A stretch of 64,000 nucleotides of DNA from assembly GCF_000142905.1 (NCBI RefSeq), contig NW_013657666.1, forward strand, positions 134,631 to 198,630, in the 5' to 3' direction. The stretch comes from Thecamonas trahens ATCC 50062 (taxonomy: Eukaryota > Protista > Apusomonadida). The notes under the pieces are model-generated. The model was not told the DNA's origin. It was given only the letters and a program-made list of their open reading frames with translations, and did no database searches. The position numbers and the translations under genes are program-made. Positions 1 to 12,672 of this stretch are shown here, one piece after another (the first letter of the stretch is position 1; every line of letters begins with the position of its first letter).

Positions 1-93
1 TCCCTCGATCCCCTCACCCCCCTTCCCACCCCCCCCCCCCTCCACCGTCCACCCCACCCTTCCCCACTCCATCACCCCACCACCTCCTCTACC

Positions 94-141
94 ATGGCAG
101 CCCGGGGACAAGGGCTGTCTTGGTCGCTCCTTGCGGGGAGC

Positions 142-174
<33 letters not shown>

Positions 175-1548
175 GCCTATGCTTTGTTCTCGGCCCGTGC
201 CGCGTATCGCTCCTCCCACGCCCTCTGCCCGCCCTCGGCTGGCCCGTCCTTCTCGCTGCCGCCGCTGGCCAATCTGGGCCAGACCTGCTATCTCAATGCT
301 GTCATCTCCGCCATTGCTGCTCTTCCGCCGCTCGCCACATACTTTGATCTCGCTGCTGCCTCGCTGCCGGACGACTCGCTCCTGCTGCCTGTCCTCGCCG
401 CCCTCGCCTCGGTCCTCGCCCGCATTGCTCCGCTCTCGCCGGGCGAGAGCTCGCCCTCGAGCGCCCACCCGCCAGCTCGTCACTCGCCGGCCCGCCACTC
501 GCCGGCCCGCAAGCTCCGGTCTGCGCTAGCCGCACTAGTCATCGCCCTCGACGAAGCCTTCCCCGCGCTCGACGTCCGCCGGCAGCAGGACCCGTACGAG
601 CTCCTGCATCTGCTGACCCGCGCGGTGGAGGAGGCTCTTGACGAAGCCGAGCGCACCGATAGGCTGCGGGTAGTGTGCGAGCCGGCGACTAGCTCGACAC
701 CGCTGGCCAAGGTTCCGCGCGGCGCTGCACTCTGCGCCTTCCGCGCATCGTCAGATGGCGACCCGCCGTTCTTCGCCTACGCGCGGCTCTTTGCGCCGCT
801 CCTTCCGCTCCGCGGCTTGTCGCTGGCCAAGCGGTTCTGTGGCTCGTGCTCGCGCATTGCCTCGCTCGCTGTCTCCTCGTTCTCAGACCTCTCTCTCCCG
901 CTTGCTGCGCTGGGCAGCGGCGGTACCGGGTCGTACCACTCGCGCAAGCCCGTCTCACTCGCCTCCGCCCTCGACGCCTACGTCGCGCCGCAGCCGGTCC
1001 ACGGCTCGTCTCGCTGCCCGCACTGCACTCCACCCGGCTCGAGCAAGGACAGCGCAAGCTCCCACGGTGTCATGCACGAGCAAATCGCGCTCTCGGCCCT
1101 CCCGCCTGTCCTTGCCCTCCACTTTGAGCGCGTCGTCGCCACAGGCGGGAGCGTGGCCAAGCTCCATACTCGCGTCGACTTTCCGGCGGTCCTCGACATG
1201 GCTCCGTACATGCACTTTTCCGCTCGCGCCGCACCCGATGCCCAGACCATCTACTCCCTTGCCGCCGTCATTGTCCACCACGGCGACCGCACTTCGCGCG
1301 GCCACTACACCGCCTTTCGCAAGATCCCGGCCTGGTCTGTCCCGCGCGCTCCGCGCGACACCGCTTCCAACCATCCGTCAACCATCACCCCCACCGGCGA
1401 CGTGTGGATGCACGTCTCGGACGATGTCTCGTTTGCGGTGCCCGAGGCCTCGGTCCTCACTTGCACACCGTCACTCCTCCTCTACGAGCGCCAGCCGATC
1501 TCTGTCATCAAGACTGCTGTCCGCACCAACAACGTGCTCACGGCCTGA
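94..1548 (+). CDS. Ubiquitin-specific protease (peptidase C19), USP30/Ubp16-like with N-terminal hydrophobic anchor
   Basis: Cys box LANLGQTCYLNA, QQDPYE motif, CxxC zinc pairs, His box HHGDRTSRGHYTAFR, WMHVSDD and LLLYER; Ala-rich hydrophobic N-terminus. Confidence 0.9.
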
Positions 1549-1571
1549 CTTGTGTAATGTATAAACTGCAG

Positions 1572-4500
1572 TCAATGAAGTCCCACGTACACGTCAGTCC
1601 CCACAATCGCACCACGCGGCTCGAGCACCACATCCACGAACATCATCGACGAGTCGAACAGCGGCCGGTCGACGTCGACGCTCAGCTCGACCCAGTCGGG
1701 CCCGCTGTCTCCCGCAAGCCGACCCGGCCCGACTCGGACTCCCGACTCGCCCACCATCACGTCCGCAAACGTCGGCAGGCCGCTCCTTGATCCGCCGCTG
1801 TTGTCCATCCCCCCGCCGCAATCGCTGACGGCGTCACCGCAGGCCGTCCGTCGTCAGAGTACGAGGTGAATGACGAGTAGCTGCTGCCGTTCGAGCTTAA
1901 GCTCGCGCTCGAGCTCGAGCTCTCGTTCTGCTCAACAAGCGATGATGCCTGATAGACTCCACCGGACTCGGTGTCCGACGACGAGTTGTGCCCGGAGCTA
2001 GCACTGGCGCTCGCCTCCTCTTGCTCTTCCTCGCTCGTTGGCCGATCCAGGAACTTGCGCATGAAATAGCTGCCGATCATCTTAGCGACCTCGATGCGGT
2101 CGCTCTTCTTCTCGTTGCCCGGACTTTGTTCGGCATTCTCGGCTTGCCTGCTCGGGGCCGACTCGTCTCCGAACCAGAGCGATACCTCGATACCCCACGT
2201 CCTCGTTGTCCATGTGCCGTTGACCATCCCGGTTGCTTCCAGGCCGACCCAGATCGGCTGCATGCCGTGGGCCGACGCTCGATCCGGTCGCGCATGGAGC
2301 GTGACCGAGACCGAAACAATCGGCGGCGCACCGGGCTCCGGCACCACCGGCACCACCACGCGCGCGGGCAGCAGCGCAAAGACGCCCGGCTGGTCGCCGA
2401 CCCGCTCAAACGGCGCAAGCGGCTCGATTGCACCCTCCGAGAGCGCAAGCATTCGCGACGCACACGCTCCGGGCGCAAGCGCCACGTCGTCGAGATGGTG
2501 GAGGCCAAACAGGGCGTCAGTCGCCGCCCGTTCGCCGGTCTCGACCCACGCCTCCACCCTCTCGAGGTGGGCCTCATACCTCGTGAGCTCGTCAAGAGTC
2601 ATGCCGATGCACCAGGTGTCCGAGGCCACGCCATCAGACCCGCCGCTCTGGAGCCCCGGCTCGTGTACCAGGCGGCGCCAGTCTTCGCGGTAGACCGTCC
2701 GCACCGGCCTCGGATAGCACGGATCCATGGTGTGGACGCCGGACCACTGCCCGTAGCGCTCACGGAAGACGTTGACCCGGCCTGCGGTGAGGACGCCCGG
2801 CTCAGAGTTGTCAGCCATCTGCCACCGCTCGCGCAGGTGCGGGCCGTCAAAGTAGCAAAACATGTTCTCCTCGAGTGCAATGGTGATGCGCTGGAGAAGG
2901 ACCCAATCGCCGTCCTCGCGTGCCTGCTGGGTTAGCACCCGGAACATCTTGCGCATGCCTGTCCGCCAGCTCGGCGCCACCAGGTTGCGGATCACTGCCC
3001 GCCGCTCCAGTTCGCACAGCCGCGTCACTCCGATTCGCACCCGCTCAATGGCCGCCACGTCGTCGTCACGCCTAGCCTTGGCCCTGACCCGCTTGTACCA
3101 CACCACGGCGCCGGCCACAAAGACGCCGCACCCTATGGCAAGCACCGCCAGCGGCGCGACACCATGCGCCTTGTTGGCCCGCGCTCCAAGCGACGCCGCC
3201 ACAAACAGGCTGCCCACCATGCCGATGCCACAAGTTCGGACTGCGTGCGCGCCAGGCAGCGTTGCGGGCGTTCCACACAGGGTGTACACGCCCGAGAACG
3301 CTGCAAACGCCAGGATGCAGATGCCGGCGACAAGCGCCGCGCTCGCCTGGGCATCGCCACCCTTGGCCGCAGAGTTCCCGCCGCCGCCCACAAAGACCAC
3401 CACCACAAGCACCACAAACTTGGTGAGAATCCAGGAGAGCGTGTACGAGCCGCGGTACTGGAACGTCAGCTGCGGCGACGTCTCGTCGGTAAAATGGGTC
3501 AGGAGCATCGAGGCAAGTGGAACGAAAAAGGTGAGCGAGATGAGCGCCAGCCCCGCCCGGCCCATGTGCCCGTCGCGAAAGCACACCCGCGCCGCGCCGG
3601 GCAGCCCGGTCACCTCGTAGTTGAGGACGAGCGCGGTGCCATCCCACACACACGCCATCTCGCTGAGAAGCGAGAAAACAATGTACACAAAGCCCGGGCC
3701 GCCAAACATGGCAATGAGCGAACGCCAGAGCACAGACTCGGAGATGACGCCCTCGTCGACCATGCCGAGCACAAACTCGGCGACCATCGCCGCAGACATG
3801 ACCAGATAGAAGAGCCCGACAAGGACGAGCGCCATCGTGAGGCCGCCAGCCGAGTCAATCGGCACAAAGAGTCGGACCAGACCAAGCCCGATCCAATGTC
3901 CGACGCCTGCAGTTGCCGGCGCAACCTGCGATGCCGCCTGCACCGGGTTCCACAGGAGGAGCGCGAGGCCGGCGAGCTGTGCGAGCTCAAAGCCGACACT
4001 GCTGACTGCAAGCACGTTGGCGAGGTTCGGGATGAGGAGCCACTGCGGCTGCCACGAGAACGGCTTGGCCTTTTCTGATGCAAACGAGAAGAGCACACCA
4101 GCGACCATAACCACAAATAGGCCGGCGAGGGCAAGGCCCACAAAGGTCGGGTAAAAGTCGTGCATGGCGTCGGCGGATCCAGAGCCCATGCCCGAGTACA
4201 GCGCCGCGAGCGGAACAACCCAGAGGGTGAGGCCAAAGAGAAAGGCGAGGCAGAGCGAGAACTCGCCTTCGCCACAGCACGGCATGAGCTTGGCAAAGAG
4301 CTCCATTGGCGCGAGCGGGCCCCAGAGCGTACCCACCAACGTAGCAATGTAAGTCTGCCACGAGCCCATGAGGAGCCAGAACATACCGTAAATCCAGCCG
4401 ATCGGATGCAGGAGCAGGAGCAGATGGAGCTGGATGGCCTCGCGCGCGGATGCCACAGACCGCTCGTAGAAGAGCGCGTCGCTGAGCGAGTACAGAACCC

Positions 4501-7500
4501 CGTGCGACTGGATGATCGATGCTAGGCATATTCCAAAGCCAGCAACATGCAGCAGATCAATGCCAAGCTCGAGGAGCTGGTGCCAAACCGCGGTCCGGAC
4601 CGTGAGCCCGTACTTGAGCCGGGCGCGGACTTCACCGATGAGCGGAATTGCCCTCACCACCGAGCCGAGAACAACTAGCGAGCATGCCAGGGCGAGGAGG
4701 TCCAGGATCGCGGTGAGGAGCGAGACGCCGACAAGCACAAGGTTGGAGCCGGGCGAGTTTCTCGTCCGCGCAAACATGGCCGGCAAGAGGCCGACGCAAA
4801 ACTGTGAACCAACGTACTTGGCGTGACCGACCATGTGGCCCCGGAACGCCGCCGACGCTGCATCAACAGCTTCCATCGACGCCTGCATCTTGGTTACCAT
4901 GGCATCCTCGTAGGCCTGACGGAGGCCGTCGGCTTTGGCGTCGGCCACCGCGGCATCGCCGCCGACCACCACACCGGTGGCCGCCTCAATCGTGGCATAC
5001 TCGCGGCAGCCCCAGGCCTTGGCCTCGTACACCTTGGCGGCGGTGGCCCAGGCGGCTTCGTGCGCCACACGGAGGTCGGTTGCTAGCACCGCGCCGACCG
5101 CGTCGCCCAGCCGCTCGAGCTCGGCCGCGTGCTGCCGGGTGATGCTCACCTCGACGTCGGCCGACGAGCGGAGCTGACCAAGATGGTGTGAGACACGGGT
5201 TACCGTCGCCGGCAGCAGTCGCTGGTGGAAGACAGACGAGATGCGCTTGCGCAACGCCGACGGGTTCCATTCCCGGATCCACTCAGCCTGCCAGCCGAGC
5301 TTCCAAGCCCGGATGACGTCGAGCCGCCAGGTCTGGTCGTCGCGGAGCGAGAGGAGCGCAAGCGCTTGGTAAAACCGCCACGGGACAAAGACCAGGACAA
5401 CGGCCAGAAGCAGGCATGCGAGCTCCTCGAGCACAAGGACGCCCTGAGTCGCGTTTGTCGCCGCCAGCCGCGACATCATTGACGGCACCATGGGCGTAGC
5501 CTCGACACTTGCGACTTGGCGGTAGTCTGACACGTACTCGACCTCGACCCAGGAGAGCGTGAGCTGCGCGTCGTCGGCGCCCGAGAGCTCCGAGCCCGGC
5601 ACCATGCTCGCACTGATCCTCTGTGGCGCGTCCGGGTAGAGCACGCGGTAGCGGGCGCGCGCCTTGTGCGCAGCGTGCAGGTCGTGGATCCAGACCGGAA
5701 TTCGGTAGAGCGAGACCAGAGTAAGCGCAAGGAGCGGGAGCGAGAGCAGGTCGAGACCGAGGCGGAGGAGCGCATCAAGCGCCAGGCCCCGGAGTGCGAC
5801 CTTCATCCGGAGGCTGCGAAGCGGCGCAGAGTGAGGGAGCCGAACAATGGCCAGAAAGCCGGAGATCATGTTGGGGATGCGGTAGAAGGCGAGGCAGCTG
5901 ACAAGGGCGAGTAATGCAAACGGCAGATCGGCGCAGAGGGCGCCAAACTGGGTGGCAACCGCCACAATGAGCGCGCCCATGCGGTCTGGGTCGTAGCTAG
6001 CCCGGAGGAATCGCAGCCGGTATCCGGTCAGCACCAGCGGGAGCATCAAGGGCGGCAGGACAAAGATCTCGACGCCGAGAAGTGCGGCGTGGATGCCGAC
6101 CTGTTTGTGGATGGTGAACGGCGGGAGCTTACCGTCGGGTGCCGCGGCCTTGATGGCACGGATAGCCTTGATCATAAAGACGGCGCGGTAGACAGTGACA
6201 AAGAGGAGGACGAGGAGCGGGAGGACACACACCAGCTCAAGAATGAGGACAAAAAAGTGCTTGACAATGATATGATGGGCGTCGTAGCTGTACCACCCCG
6301 GATGGCTTGGGGTACCTTTCTCACGCCACTCACGGTACGCGAGGTACGAGTGGTGGGTCGGCAGAATGCAGAGCGCAGGCAAGGCGACGACAAGGTCGGC
6401 CGCCATGACGCACAGGGTGGAGAGCGCAAATCCGTGGATCGAGGTTGAGAGGAAGAATACCTGGCTGCTGTTTGACCCGTCCAACCCGTCCATCTCGTTC
6501 GAGTCCCCGATGTTCTCGCGGGAGCTGCGGCGGGCGGCGGCGAGGCCGTGCCAAATCTGGCGCCAACGGTGCGGAAAGCCGAGGACAAGAACAAGGACGG
6601 CTATGAGAAAGGCGTCCAAAGGAAGGTAGAGTAGTGAGCCGCAGACTAGCTCGTGAAGCGCAAAGTCGCCGATACTGGCGCCGCGGGCGGCAAGAAGCCG
6701 CACAAAGCTCCGGATGGCGAGGACAAGCCGGATGCCGAGCCCGCCGAGAACCAGAAGCGCTGCAGGAATGAGGAGCATGTAGTCTGCAAAGGCGCGAAAG
6801 ACAATAAACGCACCAAGAACAAACGAGCGACCGGCGTTGCCCGGACTCATTGGCCCGTTCTCGGAGCCAAGGGCCTCCCATCCACGCACTGCGTCGGTCA
6901 CCTCGCGCCGGAGGCGGGACCAGCGCCACGGCGATAAGACAGCAGCGACGCCGCCTAGCACCCCCACCAAATAGTCAAACGGCACGCAGCCGGCCTGGAC
7001 AAAGATGAGAAAGACGCCCGCAAAGCCCTCATCGTTGTCGTCGACGCCCCACTCGATCGAGGTGATGATGTGCGCAAGGTGCGGCCAGCGCCACGGCGCA
7101 AAGACCAGGATCACAAGACACGGCAGAACAATGGTGACAAACAGCAGCGAGTGGATGCCGTTGAGAAAGATCATCCATCGCGGTTCGCCGTCGTAGAAGC
7201 AGTCGGAGCCCGAGGCGTCGCCAAAGCGCGAGAAGGAGGGCATGAAAGGGAGACGGATGAGGACGGCGAGCGAGAGAAGGGCAGCCGGAATGACAAACAG
7301 CGCATCACCCAGCGAGGCAAAGAGACAGAGCCAGCACATGGACCAAAAGTCTGTTAGCTCTCTCGAGCTCGCATATACCAATGAGCGGATGGAGCCAATG
7401 GTCCGAGTCGGGACGAGCAGCGAGAGTAGCCAGAGTGCGAGGCAGACAACGGTGGTGATGGCTTTGATGAGGAACCAAATGACGGAGGCCGTTGCCACAA

Positions 7501-7513
7501 ACAGGCCCGACAT
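1572..7513 (-). CDS. Very large (~1980 aa) polytopic membrane protein with repeated TM hairpins; probable 1-nt frameshift near 1809-1814
   Basis: ATG at 7513 (MSGLFVAT) next to an N-gap, so upstream exons are possible; many hydrophobic segments ending in PWR/YR; adding one G to the G6 run joins the ORF to 1572..1808. Confidence 0.75.
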
Positions 7514-8223
7514 GACGTGTGTGTGTGNNNNNNNNNNNNNNNNNNNNNNNNNNNNNNNNNNNNNNNNNNNNNNNNNNNNNNNNNNNNNNNNNNNNNNNNN
7601 NNNNNNNNNNNNNNNNNNNNNNNNNNNNNNNNNNNNNNNNNNNNNNNNNNNNNNNNNNNNNNNNNNNNNNNNNNNNNNNNNNNNNNNNNNNNNNNNNNNN
7701 NNNNNNNNNNNNNNNNNNNNNNNNNNNNNNNNNNNNNNNNNNNNNNNNNNNNNNNNNNNNNNNNNNNNNNNNNNNNNNNNNNNNNNNNNNNNNNNNNNNN
7801 NNNNNNNNNNNNNNNNNNNNNNNNNNNNNNNNNNNNNNNNNNNNNNNNNNNNNNNNNNNNNNNNNNNNNNNNNNNNNNNNNNNNNNNNNNNNNNNNNNNN
7901 NNNNNNNNNNNNNNNNNNNNNNNNNNNNNNNNNNNNNNNNNNNNNNNNNNNNNNNNNNNNNNNNNNNNNNNNNNNNNNNNNNNNNNNNNNNNNNNNNNNN
8001 NNNNNNNNNNNNNNNNNNNNNNNNNNNNNNNNNNNNNNNNNNNNNNNNNNNNNNNNNNNNNNNNNNNNNNNNNNNNNNNNNNNNNNNNNNNNNNNNNGGG
8101 GAGAGAACAGGCGGTTGCGGGGAATGCAGGATAGGACGGGGGATGTGTGTGTGTGTGTGTGTGGTGGTGGTGGAGACCTCGTCTGTACCCTCATCGCTCA
8201 GGCGCGGACGCGATTCAAAGTCG

Positions 8224-8688
8224 TCACTCGGTCGCAGGATCAGCAGGTGCATCCTCGTCTACGATGCGGAACTTCTTCTGCTCGTTCCACCAAGCCTGGC
8301 GAGCCTCGCCGACGAGCGAGCCCTCGAGCTTGGGATCCTTGTCACCCTCGCCTGCGTACCAGAGGAGAGCGACCTCTGCGCGCGGGCCGTCGCACCCGCC
8401 ACAGCCGCAAGGCAGGCCGTGCGGCTCAAAGAGGTTGATAGGCGGCCCGGCCTCGAGCAGACGGCGTTGCTCTGCGGCACACTTTGTCTTGGCGAGGTCG
8501 CTCACGTACTTATTGTACTGGCTTGTCCGCAGGTACTCGGTGCAAGTGGCGCAGATGGTGGCGACCTGCCATGGACCGTCGACCCCGCCAGCGCACTTGT
8601 ACTCGACATAGGACGACTCGTCGATGTCGTCGAAGCAGATCTGGCACTCGCAGTCGACCGGCGGCTTTCCGTGTGGTGTCTCGGACAT
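8224..8688 (-). CDS. Small Cys-rich protein with RING-like zinc-binding N-terminus
   Basis: MSETPHGKPPVDCECQICFDDI...YVEY...ICATC...PCGCGGC; compact globular-looking ORF. Confidence 0.7.
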   Translation of the reverse strand: MSETPHGKPPVDCECQICFDDIDESSYVEYKCAGGVDGPWQVATICATCTEYLRTSQYNKYVSDLAKTKCAAEQRRLLEAGPPINLFEPHGLPCGCGGCDGPRAEVALLWYAGEGDKDPKLEGSLVGEARQAWWNEQKKFRIVDEDAPADPATE

Positions 8689-8799
8689 ATGGACAAGCGG
8701 TATGTGAATGTGTGTGCGTGTGTGTGTGGGGAGGGGGATGGAGAGAGCGGTGAGTCTCAACATTGGCTGCACAGGGCGGGACACTATCGTGTGCTGACT

Positions 8800-9481
8800 T
8801 TACTCTCCATCCAGAAGATTAAGCCGCGCCTGGCGGTCCCAAAGAACAACACCATCACCGGAGAGATGGCGGATGCGGTGGGTCGGGATGGAGCCGAGGC
8901 CTTCGTCGAGCCCGGCGAGCCAGGCGGCGAGCGGCATCTCTTGGACGCCTGTGAACCGATCCTCGTACCCGACGACCCACGTCTTGTCCCTGAGTCGCGG
9001 ATCCCACTGGATCTTGTTGAGCGCCTTGTCAGCGCCCAGAAATCGTCCCTTCTTCCCGCTCTTCCCGCTCCCACCGGCCCCGTCTCCCGCTGTCCAAGGC
9101 CACTCGGCCGACAGCGGCTTACCAACCGTGGCCGCGTACTCGTGCTCATCGCCGCCGTCATCGCTTGCCACCGTCACCGTTATTACGTCACCATCATGCA
9201 CTACATACGCACGCACCTTCACAATCTGTACTCCCCACGTCCCGCGCTCCCGATCATGTGTGAGCTGCCATCGTCCACCCGCCCGTGGAGCCGAATGGAA
9301 GGCCTGCTTTGTCGAGACTGGTCTCTCTCTCTCTCTCTCCCCCCTCTAACCCCCCTTCACATACCGCCCCATTGACGTCGACCTTGCCATCAGCAATCTG
9401 AGTCTTGGCCCACTTTCTAGACTCGCCCGTCTTGCTCGCCAACCACGCATCAAGCACCATCGTCTCTGCATCGGCCGACAT
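8800..9481 (-). CDS. S4 RNA-binding domain + MJ1316 (DUF504) domain fusion; intron 9226..9364
   Basis: GTATGT...TACAG splice gives LDAWLAS..SRKWAKTQIADGKVDVNGA|IVKVRAYVVHDGDVITV (S4 consensus); C-terminal LNKIQWDP..GYEDRF..IPTHRIRH..VLWDR (MJ1316 motifs). Confidence 0.85.
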
Positions 9482-9545
9482 GCGCTCTTTTCTCTCAGAC
9501 AACAGTTACCAGTCATTCTCCTGCATCATTTAGCAGGACACAACC

Positions 9546-9556
9546 CGTTGTTTTTC
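9546..9556. promoter_or_regulatory. Candidate promoter element CGTTGTTTTTC (copy 1)
   Basis: Exact 11-mer in the divergent S4-MJ1316/kinase intergenic region; also at 39505 and 42504. Confidence 0.5.
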
Positions 9557-9994
9557 GGATGCCAATTAATCGCATCGATCGTTCGCATTGTGGTATTCGT
9601 TTGTGTGCCAGGCAATGCCCGATCCGAGAGTACCATCAAGACGGCCACCCCACCGCACCCCCCCCCCCCCACCCAGCCCCTCCACTTCCACCTCTTCCGC
9701 CCCCCCCCCCCCCAACCTCCACCACCCACCACATCCACCTCGTACACCCTCTCTCGAACTTCGTCTCACCCACCAATCCACCCTCCCACTCATTCTCCTT
9801 TGACCTCCCCTCCCCACCTGGCCAAGTACGACCTTCCCAGCCCCCCCCCCCCCCCCCTTCCTCCCCTCTCCCGTCCGCTCGCTCGTTCGCACGCGTGCGG
9901 CAAACGTTAACCTGCCCCTCGCCTCCCTCCGACATCCGCTGGTCCACATTCAGCCAGCCACTCACTCGTGGACGTACTGGTGGGGACAGATATC

Positions 9995-12672
9995 ATGAGT
10001 ATGAACATGGGGATGGCTCCGAGTGGGTCGTCGTCGGTAGTGTTCCCTACGGCGCCGGCCGACTATGTGCTGCTGGAAAAGGTGGGCGCAGGCTCGGCCG
10101 GTGTGGTGCACAAGGCGTACTGCAAGTCGCTCGACCGCGTGCTCGCCATCAAGAAGATCCAGCTGGAAGAGTGCGACAATCTTGTCGACGTGCTTGGCGA
10201 GGTGCATGTCCTCTCGCAGTGCCACCATCCGAACATTATCTCGTACTACGGCACCATCCAGTCCGGAGCAGAGCTCTGGATTTTGATGTCGTACGCCGGC
10301 GAGGGCTCGGCCGCCGAGCTGCTCTCATTTGCGTACCCGACAGGCCTGCCGGAGCGTGCTGTGGCGACCATCCTCTCCCAGGTTCTCTGCGGGCTGGAGT
10401 ACTTTCACGACAACGCGCTTATTCACCGCGACATCAAGGCCGACAACATTGTGTTTGACGTCGACGGGACGGTCAAGATCGCCGACTTTGGCGTGGCGGC
10501 ACGGCTCAAGTCGCGCGAGGACGTCAAGAACTCGTTTGTGGGCACGCCGTACTCGATGGCGCCCGAGGTGCTCGACGAGTCGATGCCGTACAACTCTGCG
10601 GTGGATATCTGGTCGGTCGGCATCCTTGCGCTGGAGCTGGCGCTCGGGCCAGTCGCTTTTGCCAAGCATCGTCGCGACCAGCTCTTTGCCGAAGTCCAGA
10701 TGACAGCGCAGCCGACGCTAGACAAGTTCGGCCTCTCGGAGGCCTTTGGGACTTTTGTCGACGCCTGCCTCACCCGCGAGCCGAGCCGTCGCCCGACTGC
10801 ACGCTCGCTGCGGACCGCCTCGCCGCTGGTTGCGGCTACCTCGGCCCACATCATGGACAGCTCCGCTCTGGCCAAGACGCTCTTTGGCTCGCTGCCGCCG
10901 TTCTCGGCCCGCTTTGCCCACAACGTCGAGATGACCCAGCGCGCATACGTCGACAACGTCGCCGCACAGCAGTATGGGTCGGGCGTGGGCACGCCGTCGT
11001 CGACGCCGGGCTCGCTGCCGACCTCGGCGTCGGGCGACTTTGGCCAAGTTGCCCCGCCGCTGTTGTACCACCAGTCATCGGTACCCGGCTCGCTCAACTC
11101 GTCGACAACCAACATCACCGGCCTTGCCGACGCTGCCATTGCCTCTGCGTCCGAAACCTCGTCGGTCTCGGGAGTCCACGACGGGCACGACTCGTCTATA
11201 ACTTCGTCGTCGCCGGTCTCGGTCCGCGCCGACCAGCTGGAGTCGATCACGTCTGAAGTCTGCATCCCGCAGGCCCACCCGAGGCCGACCCACCGCACGG
11301 CAAGCCCTCTCGCTTTGAGCTCCTCTCCTCCTCTGACGCATCCGGATCCGCCACTGGCGGCGCGAACGGCTCCGTCGCCGCCCGCAAGCGCCCAGGCTCG
11401 CGCTTTGTCGAGGTCACGCCAGACTCACCAGACGCGCGCCCGACCCACCCGCCCGTCCCCACCGTCAGGGACGAGCCCGGATCGCCACTCAATCACTCGG
11501 CGCCCGATCTCCGCGCGACCACCGGGTCCACGGATCTCGCCACCGGCCAGCGCCTCGGCCGCTTTACCGTTACACACGTCGCCACCTCGTCGCCGCCCTC
11601 GGCCGACGACGAGGTTACAACAGAGCCATCCAAACCCGAGCTCTCCGCCGCCGAGGCCGAGGAGGCCGCCAGGGCCCAAAAGGCTAAGAAAGCTCTGGCA
11701 GAGGTCCAGGCCCAGGTCAAGGCCCTCAACCAGTCCGAGGCCGCCCTCGCCGCCCTCCAGCAGGCCCGCCACCAGGCCGCACTCCAGGCGCAGGCCCAGG
11801 CCCAGGCGCAGGCCCAGGCCCAAGCGCAGGCCCAGGCCCAAGCCCAGGCCCAAGCGCAGGCGCAGGCGCAGGCGCAGGCGCAGGCGCAGGCGCAGGCACA
11901 GGCACAGGCAGCCGCCCAGGCCGCAGCACAGGCGCAGGCCGTTGCAGCCGCCCAAGCTCAAGCCCAAGCCCAGGCCGCGGCCCATTCGCGAGCACAGGCC
12001 GAGGCGCAGGCGCAGGCTAACGCCCAGGCCGCGGCGCAGGCACAGGCTCTGCGCCAGGCGCAGGCACAAGCGGCTCAGGCCAACGCACAGGCCCAAGCTG
12101 CTGCCGCCGCCCGTGGCCGTAACTCGGCCATGAGCTCACCGACTCATCTCCGCGACATGATGGTCGGCGAGTCGGCGAACACGTCGGAAGAGTCGATCCT
12201 CAACGACACCAACGGCGCTGTCGACGACGCATCGGGCAAGCTCGATCTGGTGCTCGCAGAGATGGCGGCTCTCAAGAGCCAGATGTCAGTGATGACGACC
12301 CAGGTCCAGACCCAGCTTCAGATGATCTCCATGCTCTGGCACATGGTCCTCCAGGAGCAGGCGCTCTCGGCCGAGTGGCGCCAGCGCGCCGCTGCCGCCG
12401 CCCCGCCAACTCCGTCTGTACCCATGCTGCCGCCGGAGCTCCTTCTCCGCCAAGTAGCCAGCGCCCCACCGATGGGCCCGCCGCCCGTCATCGGCACAAC
12501 GCTCGGCGCCTCGATTCCGCGCGAGCCCTCACCCGGTGCTGCGTCGTCCATGCAGCAAGAGTTTGAGCGGCTCCGCCGCGAGAACATGCGCCTTCGCGCC
12601 GCCGCCATCAATTCCGGCTCTACCGGTCACGGCGCCACTGTCGGCCACAGTACCACAAACAGCGGCTATTAG
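9995..12672 (+). CDS. STE20-family (Fray/OSR1/SPAK/BLUS1-like) Ser/Thr kinase with RFxV-type motifs, QA repeat and C-terminal coiled coil; frameshift or tiny intron near 11255-11305
   Basis: [34 protein letters not shown]; the -1 frame from 11257 is open through SRFVEV, GRFTV and (QA)n into the 12130..12672 ORF. Confidence 0.85.
11770..12100 (+). repeat. CAGGCN hexamer tandem repeat encoding poly-(Gln-Ala)
   Basis: Long run of caggcc/caggcg/caagcg units. Confidence 0.9.

Noticed and set aside
7242-9375. Long ORFs running through N-gaps (also around 21000-22000, 26300, 31000, 51500, 59800)
   Set aside because: Lengths are inflated by X residues and they are antisense or off-frame to real genes
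11257-12133. Arg/Pro-rich C-terminus of the 721-aa kinase ORF
   Set aside because: Off-frame reading of the QA repeat; the -1 frame has sensible motifs and joins 12130..12672
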